Part shown: one piece after another, positions 47,362-57,366 of the stretch
Position numbering within the stretch: the first letter of the stretch is position 1
Layout: each line of letters starts with the position of its first letter
From: Armatimonadia bacterium
Lineage (GTDB): Bacteria; Armatimonadota; Zipacnadia; Zipacnadales; JABUFB01
NCBI GenBank assembly: GCA_039679385.1
Contig: JBDKVB010000017.1
Location: 5,399-69,398 of the forward strand
Direction of reading: 5' to 3'
Length of the DNA: 64,000 nucleotides
Notes under the pieces: generated by a model
The model's database searches: none
What the model was told of the DNA's origin: nothing
The model's input: only the letters and a program-made list of their open reading frames with translations
Translations under genes and position numbers: made by a program

Positions 47362-47715
47362 ATGGGCGACATGCAGGAACTCATCACGATCGAGGGCTTC
47401 GGCCGCACACTGGGCATCCTGTGTGTGCTCTGGTCCGTGGTGAGCCTGGTCCTCGCTGCGATTGCAGCCGCGAGAGGTCAGCGCCGGGGTCTGTGCAAGG
47501 GGCTGATCTGGGCACTGCTCGGGCCCCTGACCTGGGGGCTTTGGAAGTACTATGGCTGGATGGTGCGCGTGGTTCCTGAGACGGGCTACGTGGGCCTGCA
47601 CCGGACCTCGGTGTTCGCCATCAACCTGCTGGTGTTCCTGGTTGTCGGGGCAGGAGTGGGGTATGTGTTGGGAAGGCTCTACCACCGTTCGCCTGCGGCG
47701 AACGAAGACTCGTAA
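47362..47715 (+). CDS. Small membrane protein (117 aa, 3 predicted TM helices), unknown function
   Basis: Hydrophobic segments LGILCVLWSVVSLVLAAIAAA, LIWALLGPLTWGLW and VFAINLLVFLVVGAGVGYVLG. Sits inside the ilv operon. Confidence 0.5.
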   Translation: MGDMQELITIEGFGRTLGILCVLWSVVSLVLAAIAAARGQRRGLCKGLIWALLGPLTWGLWKYYGWMVRVVPETGYVGLHRTSVFAINLLVFLVVGAGVGYVLGRLYHRSPAANEDS

Positions 47716-47765
47716 CACACTCAGACGCAACTGGTGTCACTCACCGATACAGGGAGGAATAGACA

Positions 47766-48764
47766 ATGGCCGCAAAGATGTTCTATGACGACGATGCTGA
47801 CCTGTCACTGCTTGATGGGAAAAAGGTAGCCATCATTGGCTACGGTATCCAGGGCCGGGCGCAGTCCATGTGCCTGCGGGACAGCGGCGTAGACGTCATC
47901 ATTGCAGAGCTCAAGGGCACGCCGAACTACGAGCAGGCTGTCGCCGACGGCTGGGACATTCAGGACACCGAGAGCGCTGCCAAGGCCGCCGACATGATCC
48001 AGGTTCTCACCCAGGATCACCTGCAGGCCATGGTATTCAAGAACTTCATCCAGCCGAACCTGTCCGAGGGCAACGCACTGATCTTCTCGCACGGGTTCAA
48101 CATCCGCTACGGCGGCATCGTCCCGCCGGCCTTCGTCGACGTGTTCATGATCGCCCCGAAGGGCCCGGGCGCACTGGTCCGCGAGTGCTACGTCAACGAC
48201 ACCGGCGTCCCCTCCCTCGTCGCAGTGGAGCAGGACTTCACCGGCAAGGCTCTGGACTATGCCCTGGCCTACGCCAAGGCTCTCAAGGCCACTAAGGCCG
48301 GCGTCATCCAGACCACCTTCACCGAAGAGACCGAGACTGACCTCTTCGGCGAGCAGGCCGTGCTGTGCGGCGGCGTCTCCGAGCTCATCACCGCCGGCTT
48401 CGACACTCTCGTTGCCGCGGGCTACCAGCCGGAGATCGCGTACTTCGAGGTCTGCCACGAGCTCAAGCTCATCATGGACCTCATCTACAACTACGGCATC
48501 CAGGGCATGCGCGAGCGCGTGTCCGACACCGCCGCCTACGGCGACATCAGCCGTGGCAAGCGGATCGTCACCGACGCAACCCGTGCCGAGATGGCCAAGA
48601 TGCTGCGCGAGATCCAGGACGGCTCCTTCGCCAAGGAGTGGACGCTGGAGAACATGACCGGCCGCACGGTCTACAACAGCCTCCTCAAGGAGGGCGAGAA
48701 GTCGCAGATCGAGGAAGTCGGTTCCCGCCTGCGCGCCATGATGCCCTTCCTGAAGAAGGGTTAG
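47766..48764 (+). CDS. ilvC: Ketol-acid reductoisomerase
   Basis: [22 protein letters not shown] Rossmann motif. Class I KARI length (332 aa). GGGAGG RBS. Confidence 0.9.
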   Translation: MAAKMFYDDDADLSLLDGKKVAIIGYGIQGRAQSMCLRDSGVDVIIAELKGTPNYEQAVADGWDIQDTESAAKAADMIQVLTQDHLQAMVFKNFIQPNLSEGNALIFSHGFNIRYGGIVPPAFVDVFMIAPKGPGALVRECYVNDTGVPSLVAVEQDFTGKALDYALAYAKALKATKAGVIQTTFTEETETDLFGEQAVLCGGVSELITAGFDTLVAAGYQPEIAYFEVCHELKLIMDLIYNYGIQGMRERVSDTAAYGDISRGKRIVTDATRAEMAKMLREIQDGSFAKEWTLENMTGRTVYNSLLKEGEKSQIEEVGSRLRAMMPFLKKG

Positions 48765-48789
48765 TCAGTCCAACCACGAGGCACCAAAA

Positions 48790-48820
48790 GGCCGAGGGCA
48801 CAGTCGCCCTCGGCCTTTTT
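48790..48820. terminator. Intrinsic terminator (10-bp stem GGCCGAGGGC/GCCCTCGGCC, loop acagtc, ttttt), probably bidirectional for ilvC and the convergent CBS gene
   Basis: Perfect hairpin flanked by AAAA on one side and TTTTT on the other. Confidence 0.7.
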
Positions 48821-48860
48821 CGTTCTTGCCTCTCGAACGGTGCGGCGGCTGTCTTCTGCC

Positions 48861-49238
48861 CTAATCGAGCATCGCCTTGATGACGTCCGTGCGGCTGACC
48901 ACACCAGCCAGGCTGCCGTCCTCCTTGAGGATAAGGGCGCGCTTGATCTTCTTCCCGGCGAGGAGCTCAGCCGCGTCCTTGATACTCGACTCGGGGCAGA
49001 TGGTGATGGGATCGGCGGTCATCACCGACTTGACAGAGGCCGTCTTGCGAGCCTGCAGCACGTCCGCTTCGCTGATCACGCCAACGACCTTCCCGGCGTC
49101 GTCGACTACCGGCAGACCGCTTACCTTCTTGGCAACCATCAACGCCATTGCGTCGCCAACCTTCTCCTTCGGGCTGCAGGTGACCAGCTTAGCCCCCTTC
49201 GTCATGATGTCCTTGACGGCTTTCTTCGCTGCTGCCAT
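48861..49238 (-). CDS. CBS domain pair protein
   Basis: Two CBS motifs (GLPVVDDAGKVVGVISEADV and GVVSRTDVIKAM). Confidence 0.75.
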   Translation of the reverse strand: MAAAKKAVKDIMTKGAKLVTCSPKEKVGDAMALMVAKKVSGLPVVDDAGKVVGVISEADVLQARKTASVKSVMTADPITICPESSIKDAAELLAGKKIKRALILKEDGSLAGVVSRTDVIKAMLD

Positions 49239-49550
49239 CCGACTTCACCTTCCTCCTTCGGATTATGCAGTGCGGATGAACCGCCCCGTGCGCCGGACAC
49301 AGGACGGACCTGCACCGCCCGGCTTCCCAATGGATGACGACGGATGATAGCAGTTGAGGCACAAGGATGGCCGGCGCTCTACTGCTGCCTCAACTAGTGT
49401 GTTCGCCTCCTGATTCGAATCACCTGCAACAAAGTGCTAACGTGTCTGCCCTCTGACTCGCGCCAAGGTCTCCGAGCATCTTGCGGCGAAATGCCTCTAG
49501 CTTGTTGCACGGTTTTCGCCCTTGCGTCAGTGTCCCAGAGGAGTGATCGC

Positions 49551-50669
49551 ATGATCAGCCGCCAGGCGATGGTCGACGAGTTCTGTGAGCTGGTCCAGAT
49601 CGACAGCTTGTCCGGTAAAGAGGGACGGGTGGCCGAGGTCCTCGCGAGGAAGCTGACCGACCTTGGCCTGTCGGTGCACTTCGACAACGCTCACGAGGCC
49701 ATCAAGGGCGAGGTAGGTAACCTGATTGCCTATCTCCCCGCCACCGACGCGAGCCTGCCCACTCTCATGCTGCAGTCGCACATGGATACCGTGGCCCCGG
49801 GTGAGGGCATCCAGCCTCTCGTCAGCGACACCTATGTCACCAGCGGCAGCGACACGATTCTGGGTGCAGACGCCAAGTCTGGTATCACCGTCATCCTGCA
49901 CGCCCTGCGTGAAGTGATCGCCGCGGGTGTCCCGCACGGTGAGCTGCAGGTCGTGTTCTGCATCTCTGAGGAGACAGGCCTGCTCGGGGCCTACCACCTC
50001 GACTACACGAAGGTGAACCCGAAGTACTGCTTCGTCTTCGACGGTGGCAGGCAGCCGGGGATCATGACCACCTGCGCACCCTCGGCCTTCAAGATGACGT
50101 ACCGCCTCAAGGGCCTCGCGTCGCACGCCGGTGTGCACCCCGAGCGTGGCATCAGCGCCATCCAGGCGGCCGCCCAGGCCATCGCGCGGATGAAGCTCGG
50201 ACGCATCGACTTCGAGACGACCGCCAACATCGGCGTCATCCAGGGCGGAACCGCGCGCAACATCATCCCCGATTCCTGCACGCTTCTCGCCGAGGCCCGC
50301 AGCCACGACGAGAACAAGCTCCAGCGCCAGATGGACCACATGGCGATGTGCCTGCGGCACGCTGCTCTCGAGAGCGGAGCAGAGCTGCTCGAACCCGAGG
50401 TCCTCGCTTCCTATCGGCGGTTCTTCCTGCCCGATGACGCGGAGATTGTGCAGATCGCCTGGCGCGCTGCCGAGGCTCTCGGCTATGAGCCCAGGACTGA
50501 GGTCGGCGGCGGAGGAAGCGACGCCAACGTGTTCAACGAACGCGGCATCCCGGCGCTCATCTGTCCGACTGGTGGAGAGGGCGCTCACACTTTGCAGGAA
50601 CGTCTCGACATCGACGCCTTCGTCGGCTGCGCCCGGTTTCTGGTGCAGATCATCAGCACAGCCCGGTAG
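49551..50669 (+). CDS. Peptidase M20 family (peptidase T-like tripeptidase / metallohydrolase)
   Basis: HMDTV metal-ligand motif and SEETG (catalytic Glu) motif. 372 aa. Start at 49551, 7 nt after AGAGGAG. Confidence 0.8.
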   Translation: MISRQAMVDEFCELVQIDSLSGKEGRVAEVLARKLTDLGLSVHFDNAHEAIKGEVGNLIAYLPATDASLPTLMLQSHMDTVAPGEGIQPLVSDTYVTSGSDTILGADAKSGITVILHALREVIAAGVPHGELQVVFCISEETGLLGAYHLDYTKVNPKYCFVFDGGRQPGIMTTCAPSAFKMTYRLKGLASHAGVHPERGISAIQAAAQAIARMKLGRIDFETTANIGVIQGGTARNIIPDSCTLLAEARSHDENKLQRQMDHMAMCLRHAALESGAELLEPEVLASYRRFFLPDDAEIVQIAWRAAEALGYEPRTEVGGGGSDANVFNERGIPALICPTGGEGAHTLQERLDIDAFVGCARFLVQIISTAR

Positions 50670-50776
50670 TCGCTGCTCGGCGGCCTTCGCTGCAGTAGCT
50701 AACCCTTGTCGCGCTGGACAGTCTTGCCGCAGCGCACCGTGCAGCCGGAGGTCACTTTCCCCAGGGAGGGACTCTC

Positions 50777-52102
50777 ATGTCTCCGCTCCAGGCCGGTATT
50801 GCGACCGTCGACATCACCCCCTACATTGGGATCTGGCTGGCCGGTTTCGCCGGCCGCAAGAAACCCAGCCAGGGAGTTCATGACCCGTTGCGCAGTCGCG
50901 CTCTCGTCCTCGAGGATGGCGAGAAGCGGCTGTGCCTGATCACCAACGACATGCTCAGCATCAACTACGAGACCGCGGATGAGATCAAGGCCGCGATCCA
51001 GGCGGAGTGCGACCTGCCACCTGAGTGCGTGATGATCAACCACAGCCACACGCATTCCGGTCCCACTGCTCGCAAGGGGGTCTCGGCGGTCGGTCACAAG
51101 CCCGACGACTGCTACATGGAAGTCTACGTGCGCAAGATCGTGAGCGCTGTGACGCTGGCGCTCCAGAACCTCCAGCCTGCGCGTCTGGGCTATGCTCGCA
51201 CGCCTGTCCAGATCGGCATCAACCGGCGAGAGCGGACGGCAGAGGGCGGCACCCGGATCGGACGCAACCCGGACCTTCCCGTGGCGCCCTACGTCGATGT
51301 CTACCGCATCGACTCGGAGTCCGGGGCTCCCCGGGCGGTCCTGTTCACCCACGCGTGCCACGCCGTAACCCGTGCAGCCGACAACTACTTCATCTCCGCC
51401 GACTACCCGGGGCAGGCGCAGGCAGTGGTCGAGACCGTGTTCCCCGGTGCGCAGGCGCTCTTCGCCCAGGGATGCGCGGGGAACATCAACTCCGAGCCCG
51501 TCGGGGGTAGCTTCGAGGACGTGTGGCGATTGGGTACCATCCTCGGCGGCGCCGTAGTCCAGGCAGCCGCCACCTGCAGACCAGAGGCCGAAGTGAAGCT
51601 GGGTTCGGTGCTGCGGTCGGTGCAGGTGCCGCTGCAGGATCCTCCGTCGCTTGAGGAGGCCCAGGCGCAGCATGAGGCGGCCGAGGCACGCCTCCGCGCC
51701 ATCGAGCAGGAGGGCGACCCGACACAGATCCGCATCCAACAGGGGACCGTGAATTGGACCGGTCGCGTTCTCAAACTTGCCGAAGATGGTGCTAAGAACC
51801 TCGGAATGCGTTATGATATACAGGCCTTCGCCCTCAATGACGCCGTGATCGTCGGGCTCGCCGGGGAGGTCTTCGTCGAGTACCAACTGAACATCGCCAA
51901 GGCCTCGCCCTTCGACTTCACCAGCGTCCTGGGCGTGACCAACGGTTGCCCCGCCTACCTTCCCACGGCCGCAGAGATGCCCTTTGGCGGGTATGAAGTC
52001 CAGGACTCGATGCGCTTCTACGGCACCACCCAGTTGGCGCCCGCCTGTGAGCAGACGATCCTGGACGCCGCTGCGGGAGTGCTGCAGGAGCTCAAGAGCT
52101 AG
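50777..52102 (+). CDS. Neutral/alkaline ceramidase N-terminal-domain-like hydrolase (short bacterial form)
   Basis: VDITPYIGIWLAGF....GVHDPLRSRALVL resembles the ceramidase N-terminal catalytic region. 441 aa, so it lacks the C-terminal tail of eukaryotic enzymes. Confidence 0.55.
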   Translation: MSPLQAGIATVDITPYIGIWLAGFAGRKKPSQGVHDPLRSRALVLEDGEKRLCLITNDMLSINYETADEIKAAIQAECDLPPECVMINHSHTHSGPTARKGVSAVGHKPDDCYMEVYVRKIVSAVTLALQNLQPARLGYARTPVQIGINRRERTAEGGTRIGRNPDLPVAPYVDVYRIDSESGAPRAVLFTHACHAVTRAADNYFISADYPGQAQAVVETVFPGAQALFAQGCAGNINSEPVGGSFEDVWRLGTILGGAVVQAAATCRPEAEVKLGSVLRSVQVPLQDPPSLEEAQAQHEAAEARLRAIEQEGDPTQIRIQQGTVNWTGRVLKLAEDGAKNLGMRYDIQAFALNDAVIVGLAGEVFVEYQLNIAKASPFDFTSVLGVTNGCPAYLPTAAEMPFGGYEVQDSMRFYGTTQLAPACEQTILDAAAGVLQELKS

Positions 52103-52150
52103 GCACGGCCACCACAGCGGAGTGCACCGAAGGCTTCAGGAGAGAGCATA

Positions 52151-53038
52151 GTGATCAACCCCTTCAAACTGCCGGGACGCTTCCTGCGGGGAAACCTGCA
52201 CTTGCATACGACGGTCTCTGATGGCGATCTGGCGCCACAGCAGGCTGTTGACCTGTACCGTGAACATGGCTACGACTTCCTGGCCATCACCGATCATGGG
52301 CGGCTGGTTCCGCCGAGCTCCCTCCGCGCCGAAGGTATCACCTTGCTGCCGGGCATGGAGCTCCACCCGGGACAGGGCGAACTCGGTCAGGCTCACCATG
52401 TGGTCGCCATCGGCATGGAGACGCCCATCGAGGTGCCCCAGACGCAGTCGCTGCAGACCGGGCTGGCCCACATCGTTTCCCGCTGCCGCTTCGCCTTCAT
52501 TGCCCATCCCTACTGGACCTCGGTCACCTATCGTGACCTGCTGGGCATGGGTGGGCACATCGGCATCGAGGTGTTCAACTACACCTGCGAGGTGGGGATC
52601 GGTCGCGGAACCAGCGATGAGACCTGGGATGCGCTTCTCGCGCGGGGCGAGCGCTGCCTGGGCTTTGCCGTCGACGATGCCCACATGCATTACCCGGACG
52701 CCCTCGGCGGCTGGATCATGCTCAAGTCGGCCAACACCGAGGCGGAGTCGATCATCAGCGCGATCATGTCCGGCGCCTTCTACGCCAGCAGTGGCCCGTC
52801 GATCGAAGACGTGACCTTCCACGACGGGCACGTGACGGTACGCTGCTCGCCCTGTCAGTCCGTGCATGTGATCTGTCCGCAGCCGGGTGCAGGGACGAAC
52901 TCGCGCCGTTCGGGACCAACCGCTACACCGATCACCGAAGTCACCCTGCCGGTCTCCGAAAAGTGGACCACGGTCCGAATCGAGTGTGTGGACCTGCAGG
53001 GACGCAGGGCCTGGTCGAACCCCTTTTGGTTTGACTGA
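52151..53038 (+). CDS. PHP domain (polymerase/histidinol-phosphatase-like) metal-dependent phosphoesterase
   Basis: GNLHLHTTVSDGD N-terminal His motif. AITDHG. D-x-H motifs later in the protein. Confidence 0.7.
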   Translation: MINPFKLPGRFLRGNLHLHTTVSDGDLAPQQAVDLYREHGYDFLAITDHGRLVPPSSLRAEGITLLPGMELHPGQGELGQAHHVVAIGMETPIEVPQTQSLQTGLAHIVSRCRFAFIAHPYWTSVTYRDLLGMGGHIGIEVFNYTCEVGIGRGTSDETWDALLARGERCLGFAVDDAHMHYPDALGGWIMLKSANTEAESIISAIMSGAFYASSGPSIEDVTFHDGHVTVRCSPCQSVHVICPQPGAGTNSRRSGPTATPITEVTLPVSEKWTTVRIECVDLQGRRAWSNPFWFD

Positions 53039-53142
53039 TCCACGCGGAAACATGTGGTAACCGGCTGCACAGGCCTCGGCCTTCAGTCGACGGGAAGGCC
53101 GGACCTCCCGCGTGAGGAGCGGGGCGTCACCAGGAGCAGAGT

Positions 53143-55260
53143 GTGCACGACGACGAACCGGGAGGCCCACGGCGGGCTTCGTACAACTGGACGCTTGGGG
53201 TCCTGGTGGCCTACCTGGTGCTCGCAGCTATCTTGCGGTGCTTCGGTCTGACCTGGGGATTTCCGTACTCGGCGTCTTCGGAGGAGTGTCTGGCGCTGGA
53301 GGCTGCCCGGCACCTCGGTGCCGGTCCTGGCGGCCTGGATGGCTCCTTCTCGGCCTTCGGGACCCTTCCTCTCTATCTGACCTTGCTGGGCGCAGGTGTT
53401 GTGCGTGTCCTGGGGAGCCTCGGCGGTCACGTCTGGGCTGAGGGCGAGGACCTGCTCCTTGCCGGCCGCGGGCTGTCGGCTGTGGCGGACCTGATCTGCG
53501 TCTACCTGGTATTTCTGATCGGTCGAAGGGGAGGCCGTCAGGTCGCACTCTGGGGTGCCGCCCTGTACGCCGTGGCCCTGATTGGCGTGCGTGCCTCGCA
53601 CTTCGCCGCACCGGCGGCGGTCGCCACCTGTGTGTTGGTCCTCTATGTGTACGCCATACTCAGGCTCGCGGAGTACCCCTCGCCTCGAGCCTATGCGCTG
53701 ACCGGCCTGGCTCTGGGAGCGGTTGCTGCGACCAGACTGGTGATGGTGCCCGTCGCGGTTCTGGGGCTGGTTGTCCTCGCTTTGCAGATCCGTGAAGCCT
53801 CCCACCACGGTGGGGACCCGCGTCCCTTCCGCATGGCCGCTGCTGCACGCTGGATTCGTGGCGGCCTCGCCGCCTTCGTGGTCCTCTGTCTGCTTCCCGT
53901 GTCGGTCTGGGAGGTAGGTAGGCGCGGCTTCAAGACCCAGATGAGCAGCGCCCTCGTTGATACGGTTGACTCCTCGCGCATCGACGCCCACAGTCCTGAG
54001 TTCTGGGCCTCGCAGGTCGACTCCGTGTACAACGGCATCGCGCTTGTGCTGATGGCGGTCGCAGTCGTCGGCCTGCTCAGCGCCCTCGGAGTCTTGCTGT
54101 GGATCTCGCATGAGCGAGGTCCGCGCACTTGCTATGAGGCTTTTGTCCGCCTGCGCAACCTCGGCCTCCACCTCGGCGTCGCGGCAGGAGTGTTCCTGGT
54201 CCTGACACCGGCGGCGGCTCTGCATCCCCTCGGTTACTGGGCGCCGGCGGGTCCCGGCCGCTTCACCTGGAACCTGCTCGTCGCTCTGGGGGCCTTGCGG
54301 CCCTGGCCAGTTGCCACGCTGCACTTCGCCCACACCTGGCCGGTTGTGTACCAGCTCCTCCACGTATGGCCCTACGCCTTCGGAGTCCCACTCGCCCTTC
54401 TCTTGCTGGGGGCGTTGGTCTGGGGTCTTGTGGCATTGCTTCGGGGCACGGCCGGCTCCCTGTGGCCTGTCGCTCTTGGCGCGCTGCTGGTGACCGGCGC
54501 CGGTAGTCTGCTATCGGTGAAGACCGTCAGCTACCTGTCGCCGGCAGCTCCTCTGCTGTGCGTACTGGCGGGCGCCATGATCGCGAGCTGGTACCGGGGT
54601 GCCTCGGGACTCAAGGCCTGGGGAGTATCGCTGTCGGCCGGCCTGGTGGTGCTGCTCTCGCTGGCCTGGACCGTGGGCTACCTGGGGATCTATCGCGTGC
54701 CGGACAACCGACTCGCGGCCATCGAGTGGCTCGCCAGTCACGCCCGGCCCGGGGAGCTGGTTCTGGTAGAGCGGGATGAGGCCTGGAGTCCCGATCTTCT
54801 CGCCGCCCTCAAGGACAGGGGCCCTTACCGGGTTGAGCGCTATGAGCCCCTGGCTGTCATGCAGGACCGCCCTGAGGGTTGGAACGAGGATGATGTCCGC
54901 GCCAAGAGGGCCTACCTGCAGTCGCGGCTGTCAGAGGCTGACTGGCTTGTTCTGACCGACACCAACCGCTCACGCATGGCCACTCTCAAGCGCCAGTTTC
55001 CGGTCATCAATGACTTCTACGAGGGGCTACGGCAGAAAAGGACACCCTTCACAGAAGCTGCTGCCTTCGCGGCTGGACCTTCGCTTCTGGGGTTGACGCT
55101 GGAGGATTCGGGCGCCGAACTGAGCTTTCGCATGGCCGACCATCCGACCGTGCGGCTGTATCGCCGTACAGCGCCCGCACCCCAGGCCATGCCCGCGGCG
55201 AGTCAGCAAAAAAGGCCGAACCCCGTCACCAAGGACAGGGCTCGGCCCAGATCGAGCTAA
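53143..55260 (+). CDS. GT-C fold glycosyltransferase (ArnT / PMT, GT39/GT83-like) integral membrane protein
   Basis: At least 12 TM segments in the N-terminal two thirds, with an early DE-like acidic loop (SSEECLALE). C-terminal soluble domain. Confidence 0.65.
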   Translation: MHDDEPGGPRRASYNWTLGVLVAYLVLAAILRCFGLTWGFPYSASSEECLALEAARHLGAGPGGLDGSFSAFGTLPLYLTLLGAGVVRVLGSLGGHVWAEGEDLLLAGRGLSAVADLICVYLVFLIGRRGGRQVALWGAALYAVALIGVRASHFAAPAAVATCVLVLYVYAILRLAEYPSPRAYALTGLALGAVAATRLVMVPVAVLGLVVLALQIREASHHGGDPRPFRMAAAARWIRGGLAAFVVLCLLPVSVWEVGRRGFKTQMSSALVDTVDSSRIDAHSPEFWASQVDSVYNGIALVLMAVAVVGLLSALGVLLWISHERGPRTCYEAFVRLRNLGLHLGVAAGVFLVLTPAAALHPLGYWAPAGPGRFTWNLLVALGALRPWPVATLHFAHTWPVVYQLLHVWPYAFGVPLALLLLGALVWGLVALLRGTAGSLWPVALGALLVTGAGSLLSVKTVSYLSPAAPLLCVLAGAMIASWYRGASGLKAWGVSLSAGLVVLLSLAWTVGYLGIYRVPDNRLAAIEWLASHARPGELVLVERDEAWSPDLLAALKDRGPYRVERYEPLAVMQDRPEGWNEDDVRAKRAYLQSRLSEADWLVLTDTNRSRMATLKRQFPVINDFYEGLRQKRTPFTEAAAFAAGPSLLGLTLEDSGAELSFRMADHPTVRLYRRTAPAPQAMPAASQQKRPNPVTKDRARPRSS

Positions 55261-55272
55261 TCGACCGACAGG

Positions 55273-55977
55273 TTAGTCGCTGATCTCGAACTTGTAGCCA
55301 ACACCCCAGACAGTGGCCAGACTCCAGGGCAGATCGCGACCCTCTTCGAGCTTCTTCCGCAGTCGCTTGACGTGGGTGTCCACAGTGCGCAGGTCCCCGC
55401 CGGGCGTATTGTAGCCCCAGACTTCCTCCACGATCTCCTCGCGGGTGAACACGCGGCGCGGCTGTGAGGACAGGTGGAACAGCAGGTCGAACTCTTTCGG
55501 AGTGAGGTGAACTTCCTCGCCCTCCAGGCGGACGGAACGCGTCGGAAGGTCGATCTCCAAAGACGGGTAGACCATGTGCTTCTTCTGGGCTGCCGCCTTC
55601 TCAGTGATAACGGTGCGGCGCAGCATGGCGCGCACACGAGCTACCAACTCGCGCGGACCAAAGGGCTTGACCACATAGTCGTCAGCACCCAGTTCGAGAC
55701 CGACGACCTTGTCAACCTCTTCCTGGCGAGCAGTCAGCATGATGACCGGAATCTCGTGCCGCGCGCGAATTCGCCGGCACACCTCAAGGCCGTCGATGCC
55801 GGGCATAATCAGGTCGAGCAGCACCAGGTCGGGCTGTGCCGTCTCCAGCAGTTCGAGCCCCTTCTCCCCATCCGTAGCCTCAACAACCTGATAGCCCTCG
55901 TTCCGAAGCACGGTCGTGACCAGCACGCGATCCTGCTCCTCGTCCTCAATAACCAGGATCTTGTCCTTCTCCACCAA
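55273..55977 (-). CDS. OmpR-family two-component response regulator
   Basis: Receiver domain (ILVIEDEE...DLVLLDLIMPGIDG...K) plus a winged-helix C-terminus. Confidence 0.9.
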   Translation of the reverse strand: MVEKDKILVIEDEEQDRVLVTTVLRNEGYQVVEATDGEKGLELLETAQPDLVLLDLIMPGIDGLEVCRRIRARHEIPVIMLTARQEEVDKVVGLELGADDYVVKPFGPRELVARVRAMLRRTVITEKAAAQKKHMVYPSLEIDLPTRSVRLEGEEVHLTPKEFDLLFHLSSQPRRVFTREEIVEEVWGYNTPGGDLRTVDTHVKRLRKKLEEGRDLPWSLATVWGVGYKFEISD

Positions 55978-56211
55978 CTCGGATCATCCTTTCCAGACTA
56001 CTCGCTGACAACGCCTCGTTCACAACCGGAATCGGCGGTGTTTAGGTATTGTGAACACCATACCACACTTCACATCCGCCTGCAACCAGAAACATGCGCC
56101 ACAGCCGCGAGTCGCTTACATCCCTCCTGTCGCGTTCTGCGGACGGCGATAGACTAAGATGAAGGTCCCTGTTGTGCCCGTTAGGAAAACCAGAGCCGCT
56201 CGGCGAGAGGG

Positions 56212-57366
56212 ATGCGACCCTTCGGGGAGGAAGAGGACCTCGTACCGCTGCAGCGTGGCGCAGCAGTCTTCCGGGAGGTGCTGGTGGCCTTGCCTCGTCG
56301 CATCGCACGTAACCTGACAGCCCTGATCCTGCTTTCTGCACCGGCGGTCGTTTGCGCGCAACAGCCGAAAGCGCCGCCGACCAACGCCGCACCGGTGGAC
56401 TCCTCACCGACGCAAGCGGCCCTGGGAGCGCTGGTTACCCCGCAGACCCTGGCTGAGCGGATCGGCACCCTCGTGCTGATTCTCCTCGTCTCCTATGTGT
56501 GTTACCGCGTCATCCTCGGGAGCCTGCGCAAGGCCATGAAGGCCGCCCAGGCCCGAGCCGAGAACCTGACCGGTGCTGCTCGGCAGCGGCAGCAGCGCGC
56601 CGTGACTCTCATCGCCCTCCTTAGTAACATCGTGCGCTGGACAATCACCTTCCTGGCACTCATCTGGGCCCTGGCAGCACTCGGGATCAACCTGGTACCC
56701 GTGCTGACCGGCGTGGGCTTTCTGGGCGCCGCCATCGCTTTCGGCTCGCAAGCCCTGGTGCGGGACATCGTCAGCGGCTTCTTCATGCTTCTGGAGGGCC
56801 AGTACACCGTTGGCGACTACGTGGAGCTCAACGGCAAGTTCGGCATGGTGCAGACGGTCGGACTGCGCACCACGGTGCTGCGGGACACCCGAAACCAGAT
56901 TCACCACATCCCCAACGGTTCCATCACAGTCTGCACCGTCTACGAGCAGCACTCCGTCAGCTACGTGCTTCACGTGCCCCTGCCGGATGCCGCCGATGCC
57001 GAGGCAGCCATGCAGGCCCTCGAGGCCGCCGGCGAGGTCGCCCGGCAGCAGCTTCCCGAGTACCTGCTTGCCGCGGGGCCAGCACGGATCGCGCCCGGCG
57101 CAGACACCTTCGCCGAAGTCGTGCTGCCCTTCTCGGTTTTCCCAACCCAGGAGTGGGTGGCGACGACCGAGCTACCCGCTCGGGCCAAGGCGGCACTCAC
57201 CCGAGCCGGGATCACGCTCCCCGAAGGCAGCACTCCCTACGCTCAGCCCGATCTGTCTGATATGCCCGTCCCGCCGATGGAGGAACTCCGGGTCGAAGGC
57301 AAGGGCACGGAAACGCCTGGGCCGGACTCGGAGGAAGACCAGGCCACGGGGGATGAACATGCCTAG
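56212..57366 (+). CDS. Mechanosensitive ion channel (MscS family)
   Basis: Conserved MscS beta-domain motif GDYVELNGKFGMVQTVGLRTTVLRDTRNQIHHIPNG. The exact start is uncertain. Confidence 0.8.
   Translation: MRPFGEEEDLVPLQRGAAVFREVLVALPRRIARNLTALILLSAPAVVCAQQPKAPPTNAAPVDSSPTQAALGALVTPQTLAERIGTLVLILLVSYVCYRVILGSLRKAMKAAQARAENLTGAARQRQQRAVTLIALLSNIVRWTITFLALIWALAALGINLVPVLTGVGFLGAAIAFGSQALVRDIVSGFFMLLEGQYTVGDYVELNGKFGMVQTVGLRTTVLRDTRNQIHHIPNGSITVCTVYEQHSVSYVLHVPLPDAADAEAAMQALEAAGEVARQQLPEYLLAAGPARIAPGADTFAEVVLPFSVFPTQEWVATTELPARAKAALTRAGITLPEGSTPYAQPDLSDMPVPPMEELRVEGKGTETPGPDSEEDQATGDEHA

Noticed and set aside
49340-49400. Long-loop inverted repeat (agttgaggca ... tgcctcaact) in the divergent CBS / M20 promoter region
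   Set aside because: Large 24-nt loop, no U-tract, and located between divergent starts. At most it is an operator-like palindrome; there is insufficient evidence to call it a feature.
56810-57352. N-terminal extension of the GT2-like ORF overlapping mscS in another frame
   Set aside because: It is entirely embedded in the well-supported MscS coding sequence. A start at 57353 or 57359 gives tight operon coupling instead.
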